A DNA stretch of 64,000 nt from Clostridiales bacterium (GTDB lineage Bacteria; Bacillota; Clostridia; Christensenellales; CAG-314), in assembly GCA_022508375.1 (NCBI GenBank), contig JAFLVJ010000001.1, positions 66,857-130,856 of the forward strand, read 5' to 3'. A model generated the notes under the pieces. That model saw nothing but the letters and a program-made list of their open reading frames with translations, did not search any database and was not told the DNA's origin. The position numbers and the translations under genes are program-made. This document shows, one piece after another, positions 38,487 through 47,788 of the stretch. The number at the start of each line of letters is the position of its first letter. Within the stretch, counting starts at the first letter, position 1.

Positions 38487-39734
38487 CTACACCTCATACG
38501 TTCGCGCGGACAGTTCCATACTATCCAGCTGCATGTTGCCTTGCGATTGCACGCTAACGGTAAACTGCCGTCCCGCTCCCGTAATGGGCAACCGCTGAGT
38601 AGTGTTTTTACCGCACACTTTGTAACGACGGTTTTCCGTCCCGTTGTCAATCCACACTTCCAAGTCGCTCTTGGTGCGGACGATAAGTCTATCCAGATAC
38701 TTGACGTCGGAGGTTTTAAAGTCCACCGTCTTGCAGTAACAGCTGACGGTAGGTTCATCCGTATTTACGTATAGCATGTTACCGATGACCGCATAAATCT
38801 TACCATCGGTCGAACAGATATTTTCCACCTTGGCGTCCAATACCGCTACTATCCTGTTGCTATCCACGTCCAACTCAAGCAGAATATCGTTGACTAATTG
38901 ATCGCCGTCCTTCCTCTTGCAGGCGATGTAATACTTGCCGTTGTGAACGCACGCCACCGCTCCGTCGAAACTTACGAAGTCGTTTAACTGGGTGAAAATA
39001 GCAGACAGGGTGTTATTTTTTACCTCGTACAATCCGTTGGTGGAGGCAAATATTGCGCGTTTGCCTAGCTTTGCTACGCTAAACGTTTGTACTTTACCCA
39101 CGTTGTAACCAAATGGTTCGAACTTCATGTTGTAATCCAACCCGTCCGCCTTTAGCGTGTAGCAGGTATCGCCGAGAATATACAGCTTGTCAAGTGCAAC
39201 TAACGCGTCCAGTTCGGAGTGGGCTGTTATATTGACCGTTTCATCCCACCGTCTGATATCGCCGGCTTTGGTCATGTACAGTTGCTTTCCGTTAATTCCG
39301 AATATGCGGTCGCCGTACACTTCGAGACAGGTAAAGTATGCCGAAGTCATTTTATTCGACTCTACCCCATCTACAGTGCTGTATGTTCCCGTCGAACAGG
39401 AAAACACAAGCGCGTCCTGATAGATAACGTGGCTTATCGTCTTGTATGTATTGTTTGCCAAGCGGTATGCGTAGTCGTCGTCCAAATAGCCGAATACTCC
39501 GTGTTCGGCTAGCAGGTACAGCTTGTCACCATAGAAACGAAACGCTTGATCCACTTTAAAGTAAAAGGGCATCTTTGTCAATGCAAAAGTTGACGAGAGC
39601 CCCGTTCCGTTCAAAGCGACGTTTCGCTGATTTACAAATTCGCCCTTCGTCTTGTTGAAGTTCAAATCCAACGTTATCTTGCGTTGTTTGGCGGTTATGG
39701 GGCGAATTTTTTTGCAAAAGAACACTACAACCAC
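38487..39734 (-). CDS. 415-aa beta-rich protein of the phage-like cluster (possible adaptor/nozzle-like structural protein); start uncertain
   Basis: Repetitive beta-strand pattern (…LYILGD…, …IFASTNGLYEV…, …KIYAVIGNMLYV…). The GTG start overlaps the upstream gene and has no spaced RBS. Confidence 0.5.
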   Translation of the reverse strand: MVVVFFCKKIRPITAKQRKITLDLNFNKTKGEFVNQRNVALNGTGLSSTFALTKMPFYFKVDQAFRFYGDKLYLLAEHGVFGYLDDDYAYRLANNTYKTISHVIYQDALVFSCSTGTYSTVDGVESNKMTSAYFTCLEVYGDRIFGINGKQLYMTKAGDIRRWDETVNITAHSELDALVALDKLYILGDTCYTLKADGLDYNMKFEPFGYNVGKVQTFSVAKLGKRAIFASTNGLYEVKNNTLSAIFTQLNDFVSFDGAVACVHNGKYYIACKRKDGDQLVNDILLELDVDSNRIVAVLDAKVENICSTDGKIYAVIGNMLYVNTDEPTVSCYCKTVDFKTSDVKYLDRLIVRTKSDLEVWIDNGTENRRYKVCGKNTTQRLPITGAGRQFTVSVQSQGNMQLDSMELSARTYEV

Positions 39735-40273
39735 CCCCTTGCGGGCATGCGCATAGAGGATGTCTTGACGCCTGCCACCTGCAATGCGTCCTTAAAACGC
39801 GTATCCCAAGCTTTGGCAAGCTCCCAGTCGCCCGTCACAGCGTAGAACTCGCGAACAATGCCATACACAAACGTCCGCTCGGTAATTCGCGGTGAAGGCA
39901 TATGTACTTGATCGCCCCACCCAAGCACGTCGGGCAAGCGCGCGTAACACAGGTTGTATTTGCCGTCCGATTGCACATACAGTCCGCCGTCTCCGTAGCG
40001 ATAATTTACATCGCAGCCTTGCTCATCCAACAGGGATATCACTCGGCACATATGCAGCGAAGCGGTATCGGCAAAGCCGTCGATAACTTCCACCACCGTC
40101 TTGCGCAATGACGTTGCATAATCGCGATACAGCTCCTCGTAAACGAAGTTGCAACTGTTAAGCAATATTTTCACCACGTTGTCGTCAGGCAACACCTCGC
40201 TATCGAAGTATTCCTGTGGCAATCCAAGGTTGAGTATCTCGGCAGAGGTTTTTATTATTTCGTTCGTTTTCAT
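39725..40273 (-). CDS. 182-aa phage-like structural or accessory protein, function unknown
   Basis: AGGAGA RBS, located in the position of head-completion genes. Confidence 0.55.
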   Translation of the reverse strand: MKTNEIIKTSAEILNLGLPQEYFDSEVLPDDNVVKILLNSCNFVYEELYRDYATSLRKTVVEVIDGFADTASLHMCRVISLLDEQGCDVNYRYGDGGLYVQSDGKYNLCYARLPDVLGWGDQVHMPSPRITERTFVYGIVREFYAVTGDWELAKAWDTRFKDALQVAGVKTSSMRMPARGWL

Positions 40274-40314
40274 TGTGTCTCCTAGTTGTTCAAATTAAAT
40301 CGAACATTATCAAA

Positions 40315-40572
40315 TTAATGTTGCGACAATTTGGCGTTATTCTTTTCGATATCTTCAAATACTTGATTAGCATTCCCCACGCTTGTGTAGCGTGCATACT
40401 CCACCGTTCGCACGTCCAATTCGTCATACGGAACGACAAATTCCAACGCGCTTGTGACGGCGTTTCTCACTTCGTATCGGCATTTATTCGTGTTGTAATA
40501 CAGCCGATATCCGTCGTTGACGGAACGCAACCTTTGAGCGATATCGTATAGGTCTTGTGTGATTTCTATCAA
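40315..40572 (-). CDS. 85-aa protein of the phage-like cluster, function unknown
   Basis: TTG start 7 nt after AGGAGA. Confidence 0.5.
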   Translation of the reverse strand: MIEITQDLYDIAQRLRSVNDGYRLYYNTNKCRYEVRNAVTSALEFVVPYDELDVRTVEYARYTSVGNANQVFEDIEKNNAKLSQH

Positions 40573-40746
40573 TTGTGTATCTCCTAAATCTCACGTGCCA
40601 CAGGCACATATCGCTACTCACGTGAGCGAGTACAAATCATCCTCTTGTAAAGTTTTTTCAACCCAAATGTGCAATTACTGCACGGTGATGACGTACTCGC
40701 CACGAGTAACTTTGTTTAGCGATATACTTTCTATGTTACTTTTTAT

Positions 40747-40869
40747 TTGCGGCGGCAGATGCGAAGTAGGCGAGGCGCACGAGGCTTGATTGACGGGAGT
40801 GTACTAGGCGTACACGACCGAAAGCAAACGCAATTGCAACAAAGCATACCGACGCATACCCCGCCTCAA
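40747..40869 (+). repeat. family A structured intergenic repeat, copy A4, inside the phage-like operon
   Basis: Near-identical to A2 (3677-3799). Closing stem TTGCGGCGG/CCGCCTCAA. It abuts the stop of the capsid gene. Confidence 0.8.
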
Positions 40870-40870
40870 A

Positions 40871-42037
40871 TTACGCTTCGGTAATTCCCGAAATCATCGC
40901 TTGTCCGATAGGACGGTCGCAAATAAGGTCGGCGTACTTGACAAGGGTTGCCGTATATACGGGTTTACCCGTTACCTGCTTGATGATACGTCCGTCGTCA
41001 CCTTCCAGCCAGCGCCAATCGCACAGTTGATGAAGCTTGAAGTCGCTGCTGTTAAGTATGTACATGGTTCCAGCAGGTGCAAAGCGGTCGCTTACAACGG
41101 GAATACCGTTGTAGGAAATTGCCTTGTAACCGCCTTGAAGATTCATCACGTCGATGTTGGTGCGGTTGGTGATGAGGTAATCCTGATAGGCTCGTTTTAC
41201 ACCGCCGCTGCACACAATGAAGTCGGCAGTGGAACCGGCAACTTCTTCGAGGGTGTCGATTGCCTTTTGAATGGTTACGTCCGTCAATTTGGACGAAGTT
41301 GTTTTGTAGGGTGTAAGCCATTTGTTGGAGGCGCGAGTGATTCCATACAGCGTGTCGCTATCGCCGAAAATTGCACCCAAGCCTGTAAGTTCCTTGTTGT
41401 AGCTGCCCTGAACAGTCAGGAAATCGCCTGATGTAACAGTTCCCGAACCGATGGAAGCTCCGCTGAGGGTGATTGTTTTGCTTGTGCGATCAACGTCAAC
41501 AATACGGCGGGCAGATACAACAGGAGTCTTGCCACTGTTTCCGATTACATCGACCACCATTCCTTCGATGACGTTGTTTACGGCGTCAACGGTAAGCTTG
41601 TTTCCGCTAGCTGCGGTTACCTTGCACAGCATTCCGCTACCGTCGCCGAACAGCATCCTGCCGAAGTTGAACTTGGAAGCGCGCAAAAGTCCTTCCATTT
41701 CCGCCTCGAGAAGATTAACAAACGCACCGCTGTTGTTTTCGCTTGCGCGTATTGCCTTATCGGAAATTTCGATTGTACCGTACAGGTTTTTCAACGTCAG
41801 CACGAATTGCGCGTAGTTGTTACCGGCGGAAGACGGAAGTTCGCCTTCCTCGGTGCCTGCGCCGATACCGCCGTTTATGCCGAAGGGCGCAAGTTTGCGA
41901 ATTTCTTTACCCCATACGTCGCTTGACGTTTGTTCGAAACGGGCGAGCAGGGGATTGACCGCAGTGTTAAGTTGATCGGCGACAACGCCGAGATACAGGG
42001 TTTTAAGCGCGTTGTCGGCGCTAGTAAGTGTTACCAT
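40871..42037 (-). CDS. major capsid protein (HK97-fold type with an inserted domain)
   Basis: 388 aa directly after the scaffold gene, with an AAAGGAGAA RBS. Its N-terminal and C-terminal segments are typical of phage capsid families (from memory). Confidence 0.75.
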   Translation of the reverse strand: MVTLTSADNALKTLYLGVVADQLNTAVNPLLARFEQTSSDVWGKEIRKLAPFGINGGIGAGTEEGELPSSAGNNYAQFVLTLKNLYGTIEISDKAIRASENNSGAFVNLLEAEMEGLLRASKFNFGRMLFGDGSGMLCKVTAASGNKLTVDAVNNVIEGMVVDVIGNSGKTPVVSARRIVDVDRTSKTITLSGASIGSGTVTSGDFLTVQGSYNKELTGLGAIFGDSDTLYGITRASNKWLTPYKTTSSKLTDVTIQKAIDTLEEVAGSTADFIVCSGGVKRAYQDYLITNRTNIDVMNLQGGYKAISYNGIPVVSDRFAPAGTMYILNSSDFKLHQLCDWRWLEGDDGRIIKQVTGKPVYTATLVKYADLICDRPIGQAMISGITEA

Positions 42038-42049
42038 AGTTTTTCTCCT

Positions 42050-42415
42050 TTAATTGAAATATTTTTTTGCCAATTCCGACGCTTCACGCAGTGTCTTGGG
42101 GCGGTTTGGCAACGCCATAGACACGTTTCCGCCACCCGTCATGACTTTAGGAGGCGTTGCTGAATTTGTATTTACGCTTTGGCAGTCCGCATTGCTGTCG
42201 GCGCTTTGCGGAGCGGGGACTGTAGCCACGTCAACCGCGGTTGACTGCGTATTATTTACTTGCGGTGATGGTTGCCCACTTGTACCGCTGTCTTGTGTTT
42301 TTTGTTCAGCCTGTTTCAATGCCGAAAGCTCCTGACACTTTTGTGTAAAGCTCTTTTCCAGTTCGGTGTAGCCTTTAAGCAGTTCTTCGGCGCTATTGAA
42401 TTTACCGTATTCCAT
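42050..42415 (-). CDS. scaffolding-like protein
   Basis: 121 aa with helical ends and a Q/S/T/P-rich centre, between portal and capsid. The ATG lies 1 nt after the portal stop and has an AAGGAGAAA RBS. Confidence 0.55.
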   Translation of the reverse strand: MEYGKFNSAEELLKGYTELEKSFTQKCQELSALKQAEQKTQDSGTSGQPSPQVNNTQSTAVDVATVPAPQSADSNADCQSVNTNSATPPKVMTGGGNVSMALPNRPKTLREASELAKKYFN

Positions 42416-42416
42416 G

Positions 42417-44327
42417 TTAATAATTACTTTCTCCTTGTTTATTTTTGATGGAAGCACAGTCGATGAGTGCGCTTTCCTTATGTTTGGCGATATGGGCTAA
42501 AATTTTTGCACGATACTCCACGTCAACGTCGTCGATATCAGCTGCAATTATGTGTCGGGTATGCTCCTCGATGTGCAGGGCGTGGTCGTCCACAGGCAGT
42601 ACCTCGGCGTGGTCGATATCCACGTTTTCGCGTTGTGCGCGTGCGATGTGCATTTGCGCAATATCCTGAGCGCTATCCCAGTTGCCGAATCCCATCATGG
42701 ATAGCACCTTGGCTTTGGTGCTTTGCGACAGCCGCCCTTCGCTATCCGTCAAGATACCCGCGTTGAGCAAATCGAACAGCATACTTCTGCGCGTTGCGGG
42801 ACTGTCTGTCAGTTCGTTTTCCGTTTCGAACACCACGTCGTCGCTGCCGATATCGCTTGAGGTAAAGTAAAACAGTTCCGCGCTGTTTTGACCGTCGGCG
42901 TAGCGCATGAGCTTAGCGTTACTAACGAACTGCTTGTACAGCCTCAAGATATACTGCGATATCCGCTTGATGCACCTCTTGATACTATCTACACTGCCCG
43001 CCAAACGAATATCGTCCTGCTCGGCAATGAGCTGCAACGCAACGCCACTTGTAACGGTGGTCGGGGTGCTGCTTTTGCGGGCGAACTCCGACACACCGGA
43101 AATATCGTTGAACTCGCTTAGCAAGTGCTCCTCTTCCTTGGCGAAGTCGCTCGGCACGTCGCCGCTGTCCATGAGCTGCGGCTTGACGGCGCCCTGACGG
43201 TAAACGAGAATTTTGCCGGGGGACAGACCTTCTTCTTCGAGGTTGTCGGTATCCACCGAGCCGTCCTCGACGGTCAACACTCCCATTGCCAGACGGTTGA
43301 GGAACTCATGCTTGCGATTCTTCACCGCGTTGTAGGCGCGCTGTATGGGAATGACCCGTTCCACCATGCTTGTCCCCCAAAAACATCCTGCTTGATCCAA
43401 GGAAACTTGCCTGATAAACGGATAGGCATATTCGCCGTTTTCACCCAGCATGTACGGCAATTCGCCGTAGTACAGCAGCTCGTTTCCGGCAACTATTTCC
43501 AGCTTGCCGTGTGGATGTGCAGACGTTGGCTTGGTATAGCGTTCGATTACCAGTACTTGGTCGTTTTTCGTTTCCTGCACAATGGACGGAACCACGGTAT
43601 TGTATCCCAGTCCGCCCACGCTTGCCGCGCCGTCAATGGCAAATACCTTGACGGTATCACCTGCAATATCTACACCCCATGTGTCTTTTACCTCGCTTGC
43701 ACTATATACCTTGGCATGAATGACTGATGTACAATCCTCCACACTTGCGGTGACGTTGCTGTCGGGATATATCTCGAATGGGGAACAAACGGAAACCGTT
43801 GCCTCATCGCAAGCGGCGTCCCAACTTACCTTGTAAAAGGACGTTCCGCACACTTCGCTCCACGCCGTTGCACGGGTGATGATTTCGTCAAGGTGCATTT
43901 TTTCCCGCGCAGAACTTAATATCTTGGTGGCAAGCTTGGCGCTGTTCACGTCGGCGTCACTGCCGGAAAAAGGTCTCGCCATTGGACGGGGACGTACGCG
44001 GTTGAGGCGAGACATGCGCGTCTCCACTATTGTTGCGATGTGGTTGAATACCTGCTTTTCCTGCCAAAAGTAATACTTGTCCTCCTGCTCGATACTGCCA
44101 CGCGGGGACACTGCACAGTACTGGTTGCCCATTACGAAGTTCATATTCAGTTGCCAGTTGAGCTCGTAAGGACGGCGCATTTTTTGCCGCGCGGCGAAGT
44201 CCGATTTGACGCTGTTAACTACTTCTTCGGCGAATTCGGGCGTTACGGGTTTTGCCTGTTGCTGCTGCGTTTCGGGCGAAGAATTCATGTTTTCGTGGTA
44301 TGGGGTGGGATTATTGCTTGTCGTCAT
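42417..44327 (-). CDS. phage portal protein
   Basis: 636 aa, upstream of scaffold and capsid and downstream of terminase. Its size and conserved N-terminal region (NWQLNMNFVMGNQY) are portal-like. Confidence 0.75.
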   Translation of the reverse strand: MTTSNNPTPYHENMNSSPETQQQQAKPVTPEFAEEVVNSVKSDFAARQKMRRPYELNWQLNMNFVMGNQYCAVSPRGSIEQEDKYYFWQEKQVFNHIATIVETRMSRLNRVRPRPMARPFSGSDADVNSAKLATKILSSAREKMHLDEIITRATAWSEVCGTSFYKVSWDAACDEATVSVCSPFEIYPDSNVTASVEDCTSVIHAKVYSASEVKDTWGVDIAGDTVKVFAIDGAASVGGLGYNTVVPSIVQETKNDQVLVIERYTKPTSAHPHGKLEIVAGNELLYYGELPYMLGENGEYAYPFIRQVSLDQAGCFWGTSMVERVIPIQRAYNAVKNRKHEFLNRLAMGVLTVEDGSVDTDNLEEEGLSPGKILVYRQGAVKPQLMDSGDVPSDFAKEEEHLLSEFNDISGVSEFARKSSTPTTVTSGVALQLIAEQDDIRLAGSVDSIKRCIKRISQYILRLYKQFVSNAKLMRYADGQNSAELFYFTSSDIGSDDVVFETENELTDSPATRRSMLFDLLNAGILTDSEGRLSQSTKAKVLSMMGFGNWDSAQDIAQMHIARAQRENVDIDHAEVLPVDDHALHIEEHTRHIIAADIDDVDVEYRAKILAHIAKHKESALIDCASIKNKQGESNY

Positions 44328-44544
44328 AATTTTGCTCCTTGTTTTTCAGTTCCATTTTTTTCTTGATTGTGTTTTGCGGACTCTTCGGAACGCGGGGCGC
44401 AAGCCCTTCGCCGACTATATCGCTTAGGCACTTTGAGCACAGATAACATCTGCCCGCTCTGCCCTTGATGGCAAATTGATACTCCGCGTCGTTTTTGCAA
44501 TCTCTTACGTCGCACTTGGTTTTGTTTGTTATAGGTTGTAGCAT
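44311..44544 (-). CDS. 77-aa zinc-ribbon-like protein
   Basis: CDVRDC...CYLCSKC cysteine pairs and an AAAGGAGAA RBS. It overlaps the portal start by 17 nt. Confidence 0.55.
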   Translation of the reverse strand: MLQPITNKTKCDVRDCKNDAEYQFAIKGRAGRCYLCSKCLSDIVGEGLAPRVPKSPQNTIKKKMELKNKEQNYDDKQ

Positions 44545-44561
44545 TGTGTTCTCCTTTTACG

Positions 44562-44873
44562 TTATTCTTCGTCGTCCGATTGTTCGGTTGACGGTTGCTT
44601 GGTTTCTTCATAGACGTTGAGCAAGCGGATCAATCTGAGCTTTTCCACTTGCAGTTGTTCGTCCGTCATCTTGGTGACGTCGGTGTTGTCGTCCGTTAGG
44701 GTGATAAGCGCCTTCAAGGCGTTAACGTCGGGGTGCGCGCGCTTGGTTACAATCTTGCTCTTGACAAGCTTTTTTTCACCGTCCACCACTACGTACTCGT
44801 CCGTCTTTTCGCGGTAGGCGTACCCCTTGGCTTTTTTGAGTAGTATCTTGGTTATCAGTTGCTTCGTGTCCAT
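44562..44873 (-). CDS. 103-aa protein, possibly terminase small-subunit-like
   Basis: KRAHPDVNALKALITL resembles the conserved PD..A segment of some TerS proteins, and the tail is acidic. The assignment is tentative. Confidence 0.4.
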   Translation of the reverse strand: MDTKQLITKILLKKAKGYAYREKTDEYVVVDGEKKLVKSKIVTKRAHPDVNALKALITLTDDNTDVTKMTDEQLQVEKLRLIRLLNVYEETKQPSTEQSDDEE

Positions 44874-44880
44874 GTTGATT

Positions 44881-46290
44881 TCATCTTCTTAATCGCTTCA
44901 TCAATTTTTCCTTATCCTTTTGTACCCAGGTCTTTTCAGGTTTTGCTTCCTCCTTATCCGTTAGCGAACACACGTAGTAACGCAGTTCGTCCATGGCGTG
45001 ATCGTCTCGCTTTATCGGGGCGTCGCCGTTCCCCCAAAAGTATCCTTTTATTTCCCGAATCATGTTTAAGCAATTACTGAATATGTACAGCTTAGGGGGA
45101 CCGCTTAGCGGTTTGAGCATAGCCTTGACCTTGTTGATTCCGAAAAATATACTTTTGTTGACCCGCGTGTTTACCGTGATTCCCTGCTCGTTGAACAGTT
45201 CGGCAACACTCTTGATTCCGTTTAGCGTGCGCTGATTTGCCGCGCTGTCCATAAGCGCCGAGATACGACCGAACTTGTCCCTTTTCCAGTTGAGTCGCTG
45301 GCTTATTTCCTTAATCCTTGCGGCGTGATACACCACGTCACGCCCCGCCTCGTAGTGCTCCGCAACCACATACACGTTTCCGTCGTAGTCGCGCATATAC
45401 CAGTGACAGGACAATGGATTGTTAAGCCCCGGGTCGATACTTATGCCGTCCTGCCAGTCCGTCGGTAATTCGCGTGGCTCAATGACGTTGAGCTCGCTAA
45501 ACTCGGGATACACCAGTCCGTAACTGGCGGTGAACCGTCCGTAACGGCGACTTTCCAACATTTCGGCGGATATGCTTTCGCTCATCAGCTCGACTTCGCT
45601 TTGGTTGAGGTAAGGGTTGTCGCTCCACTCCATAAATTCGTACCACACTTCCTTAGAATTGTGGCTGTTGAGATATATTTCGTCGTACACCCAGCTGAGT
45701 CCTTTGAGCGGAGTCATGGTTCCGAATACGTGCCCTTGTCTGTCCAGTACGCGCATACGGCACTCCTCGTATATGTCAAGAGGCGGTTCCTCGTCGAACC
45801 ACACGAAGTCAAGACTCGTACCTTGAAACTTTTCCCGTCCCGCCTCGCAGCTTTTGAAGGCAATCTTGGAAGTCCCGCCCAAGACGTTATCGACAATTAT
45901 GTAGTCGATGACGCCGTACTCGGGACTGGCCTTGGAGCCGTTCGACATCACGATTTCCTTTATCCAGCTTTTGTCAAGATAGTACAAAATTTTTTGCTGA
46001 GCCACGTCGCGTTGCACCTGCTGGGATAGCGACACCACCCAACAACTGACGTTTGCGAGGTTTTGTCGGTATGGGTGAATACCGCGCGCAAGCCACACCG
46101 TTTCCACTGCTCCGCACTCCGTCTTGCCACTGCGATTTCCGCCGAATACCCAACGGTTGCGTTTGAGGCACTTGTGAAAAGCCATCTGCTTGACATGCAC
46201 CTTGCCCTTGTTGTAGCGCGCAAGCGGACTTTCCAACCGCCTGCGCTCTTCCTGTTCGATTTGTTTTATTCTGGTAAGAATTTCTTTCAT
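44881..46290 (-). CDS. terminase large subunit
   Basis: Walker A GGNRSGKTECG, Walker B-like LDFVWFDEEP and a C-terminal nuclease-like region. The start is placed at MKEILTRIK. The track ORF extends to 46386. Confidence 0.85.
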   Translation of the reverse strand: MKEILTRIKQIEQEERRRLESPLARYNKGKVHVKQMAFHKCLKRNRWVFGGNRSGKTECGAVETVWLARGIHPYRQNLANVSCWVVSLSQQVQRDVAQQKILYYLDKSWIKEIVMSNGSKASPEYGVIDYIIVDNVLGGTSKIAFKSCEAGREKFQGTSLDFVWFDEEPPLDIYEECRMRVLDRQGHVFGTMTPLKGLSWVYDEIYLNSHNSKEVWYEFMEWSDNPYLNQSEVELMSESISAEMLESRRYGRFTASYGLVYPEFSELNVIEPRELPTDWQDGISIDPGLNNPLSCHWYMRDYDGNVYVVAEHYEAGRDVVYHAARIKEISQRLNWKRDKFGRISALMDSAANQRTLNGIKSVAELFNEQGITVNTRVNKSIFFGINKVKAMLKPLSGPPKLYIFSNCLNMIREIKGYFWGNGDAPIKRDDHAMDELRYYVCSLTDKEEAKPEKTWVQKDKEKLMKRLRR

Positions 46291-46421
46291 AAAATTTTTG
46301 AAGTATTTTGTCCTAGTCAATACTTGTCTAATACAGACACAACTCGGCAAAATTTCTTTCTGCCGCGGTTTTACACTTAAATACACTCACACCATGAGCC
46401 GGCCCGAGCGGCAAGGAGCGG

Positions 46422-47162
46422 ATGATGTTTAAAAAAGTTGTTATGATTATTGCAATACTGCTGTCACTGGTAATATCCTACGGTAAGGTCGCTTACGCCG
46501 AAGGCGAAACTTGGGCGCGCGTCATCAAGGACGGGGTATATCTGTACACTACGGCGGATACCAATCAACAGTTGTTTCTGTTGGAAAAGTCCTACTACGT
46601 CAACGTCGTTTACGAAACGGAGGACATGTATCAGGTGGCAGTAATGCCACAGGGTTCGACGGAATTTGTTCAGGTGATAGGCTGGGTTATCAAGGGCGAA
46701 GTGACAATTAGTTCCGCTCCGCTCGAACCGGTATATCCTACCGAAATGCTCACCGTCACCGCCGACTCGGTGGAACTGAAACTGTCACCCACACCAAGCG
46801 CTCAGGCCAGTTGTGCCGTGCTTAATCTACAACGGGTGTACTACTACGGTAAAATAAACAGTTACGGTAAAGTATGGTACTATGTCCGATACGCGGGGCG
46901 GTTCGGGTACCTCGACGCAAGCTGCGTTAGCCAACCGAATATCAGTTTGCACCCGACCCCACTTCCAAGCACACCCGCAAGCACCGTGCCGCAAACGCCG
47001 CCCTCATCGGATGACGTAACCGACCCACCTAAGAGCAGCTCGCCCACTTCGGAAATACTGCTCATCGCATTCGTTGTGTTGCTTGCTGTTGGACTTACAT
47101 TGGCGCTATTCCTCCCTGGTAACGTCAAGAAAAAAAGCAACGTGTTCGAGCAAGATATTTAA
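46422..47162 (+). CDS. secreted SH3b-like repeat protein with a P/T/S linker and a C-terminal TM anchor
   Basis: Signal peptide, two SH3-like modules (ARVIKDGVYLY..., VWYYVRYAGRFGYLDASCV), a PTPLPSTPAST linker and a TM segment. It lies on the opposite strand inside the phage-like region. Confidence 0.65.
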   Translation: MMFKKVVMIIAILLSLVISYGKVAYAEGETWARVIKDGVYLYTTADTNQQLFLLEKSYYVNVVYETEDMYQVAVMPQGSTEFVQVIGWVIKGEVTISSAPLEPVYPTEMLTVTADSVELKLSPTPSAQASCAVLNLQRVYYYGKINSYGKVWYYVRYAGRFGYLDASCVSQPNISLHPTPLPSTPASTVPQTPPSSDDVTDPPKSSSPTSEILLIAFVVLLAVGLTLALFLPGNVKKKSNVFEQDI

Positions 47163-47175
47163 CGGTGAAGCAACC

Positions 47176-47607
47176 TCACTCACCGCAGATGAAATTGTAG
47201 TGCCCGTAGTTGGCGCTAAACCACTGCTCGTCGCAGCCGATGGATTCAAGCGCACGCTTAAACGCCTCACGGGCGTAGCGAATTTTGCGATAAACCGTGG
47301 ACATTGAAACCTTGTATTTTATCGCAAGGTCTTTTTTGTCACAGTATTTAAAGTACACCGTCACAAGCAACGCGCGGTAGGTCTTGGGAACAATCAACAG
47401 CGCCTTTTTGACGGCGGTACAAAAAGCGTTACACTCGTCGATTTTTTCGGAGATGTCTGCAATAGCCTGAATCTGCCCCATTGTTCCGTCGCGCCAGTAC
47501 GTCGTATCGTAGGATCGCATTGCGATAAGCTCCAGCTCCTTTGTGAGAATATTTGCGGTTTTTTTCATGCGAATAGCGTTGTTCAATATAAGCAGTTCGT
47601 AGTTCAC
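47176..47607 (-). CDS. ArpU/RinA-like late transcriptional activator (sigma-70 region-4-like HTH)
   Basis: 143 aa with the C-terminal HTH LAIKYKVSMSTVYRKIRYAREAFKRAL. GTG start after AAGGAGGTGA. It occupies the usual position upstream of packaging genes. Confidence 0.55.
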   Translation of the reverse strand: MNYELLILNNAIRMKKTANILTKELELIAMRSYDTTYWRDGTMGQIQAIADISEKIDECNAFCTAVKKALLIVPKTYRALLVTVYFKYCDKKDLAIKYKVSMSTVYRKIRYAREAFKRALESIGCDEQWFSANYGHYNFICGE

Positions 47608-47788
47608 TTGCTCACCTCCTTTTTTTTCCGACCAAACGCCCTTATCTAATTAAAGTCGCATACCACAGATCTCCCGTAAGGACGACAAGTTCGGCGCAGG
47701 TCCGTACTTGTCGAACGTTAGTTTTAACATATAGGGTTGGTTGTGCGATAGTTTTGGTCGTTTTCGAACTTTTGTTCTATTCGCTCTC

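Larger units (their letters stand above)
37555..47607 (-). mobile_element. phage-derived head-morphogenesis gene cluster without recognisable tail, lysis, integrase or replication modules
   Basis: Contiguous minus-strand genes for TerL, portal, scaffold, major capsid protein, small accessory proteins and a late-regulator-like protein. See the individual CDS entries. Confidence 0.7.

Noticed and set aside
44324-44611. 95-aa alternative-frame ORF overlapping the zinc-ribbon gene
   Set aside because: It has extremely basic, low-complexity composition and no RBS. The 77-aa frame has a strong SD and paired CxxC motifs.
37541-47640. Reading the GCGTTTGGTCGG / CCGACCAAACGC copies as attL/attR of an integrated prophage
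   Set aside because: The copies at the two ends are inverted rather than direct. Two copies lie at one end, a fourth lies after groEL, and no integrase is present. An RNA or protein-binding motif is the more economical explanation.
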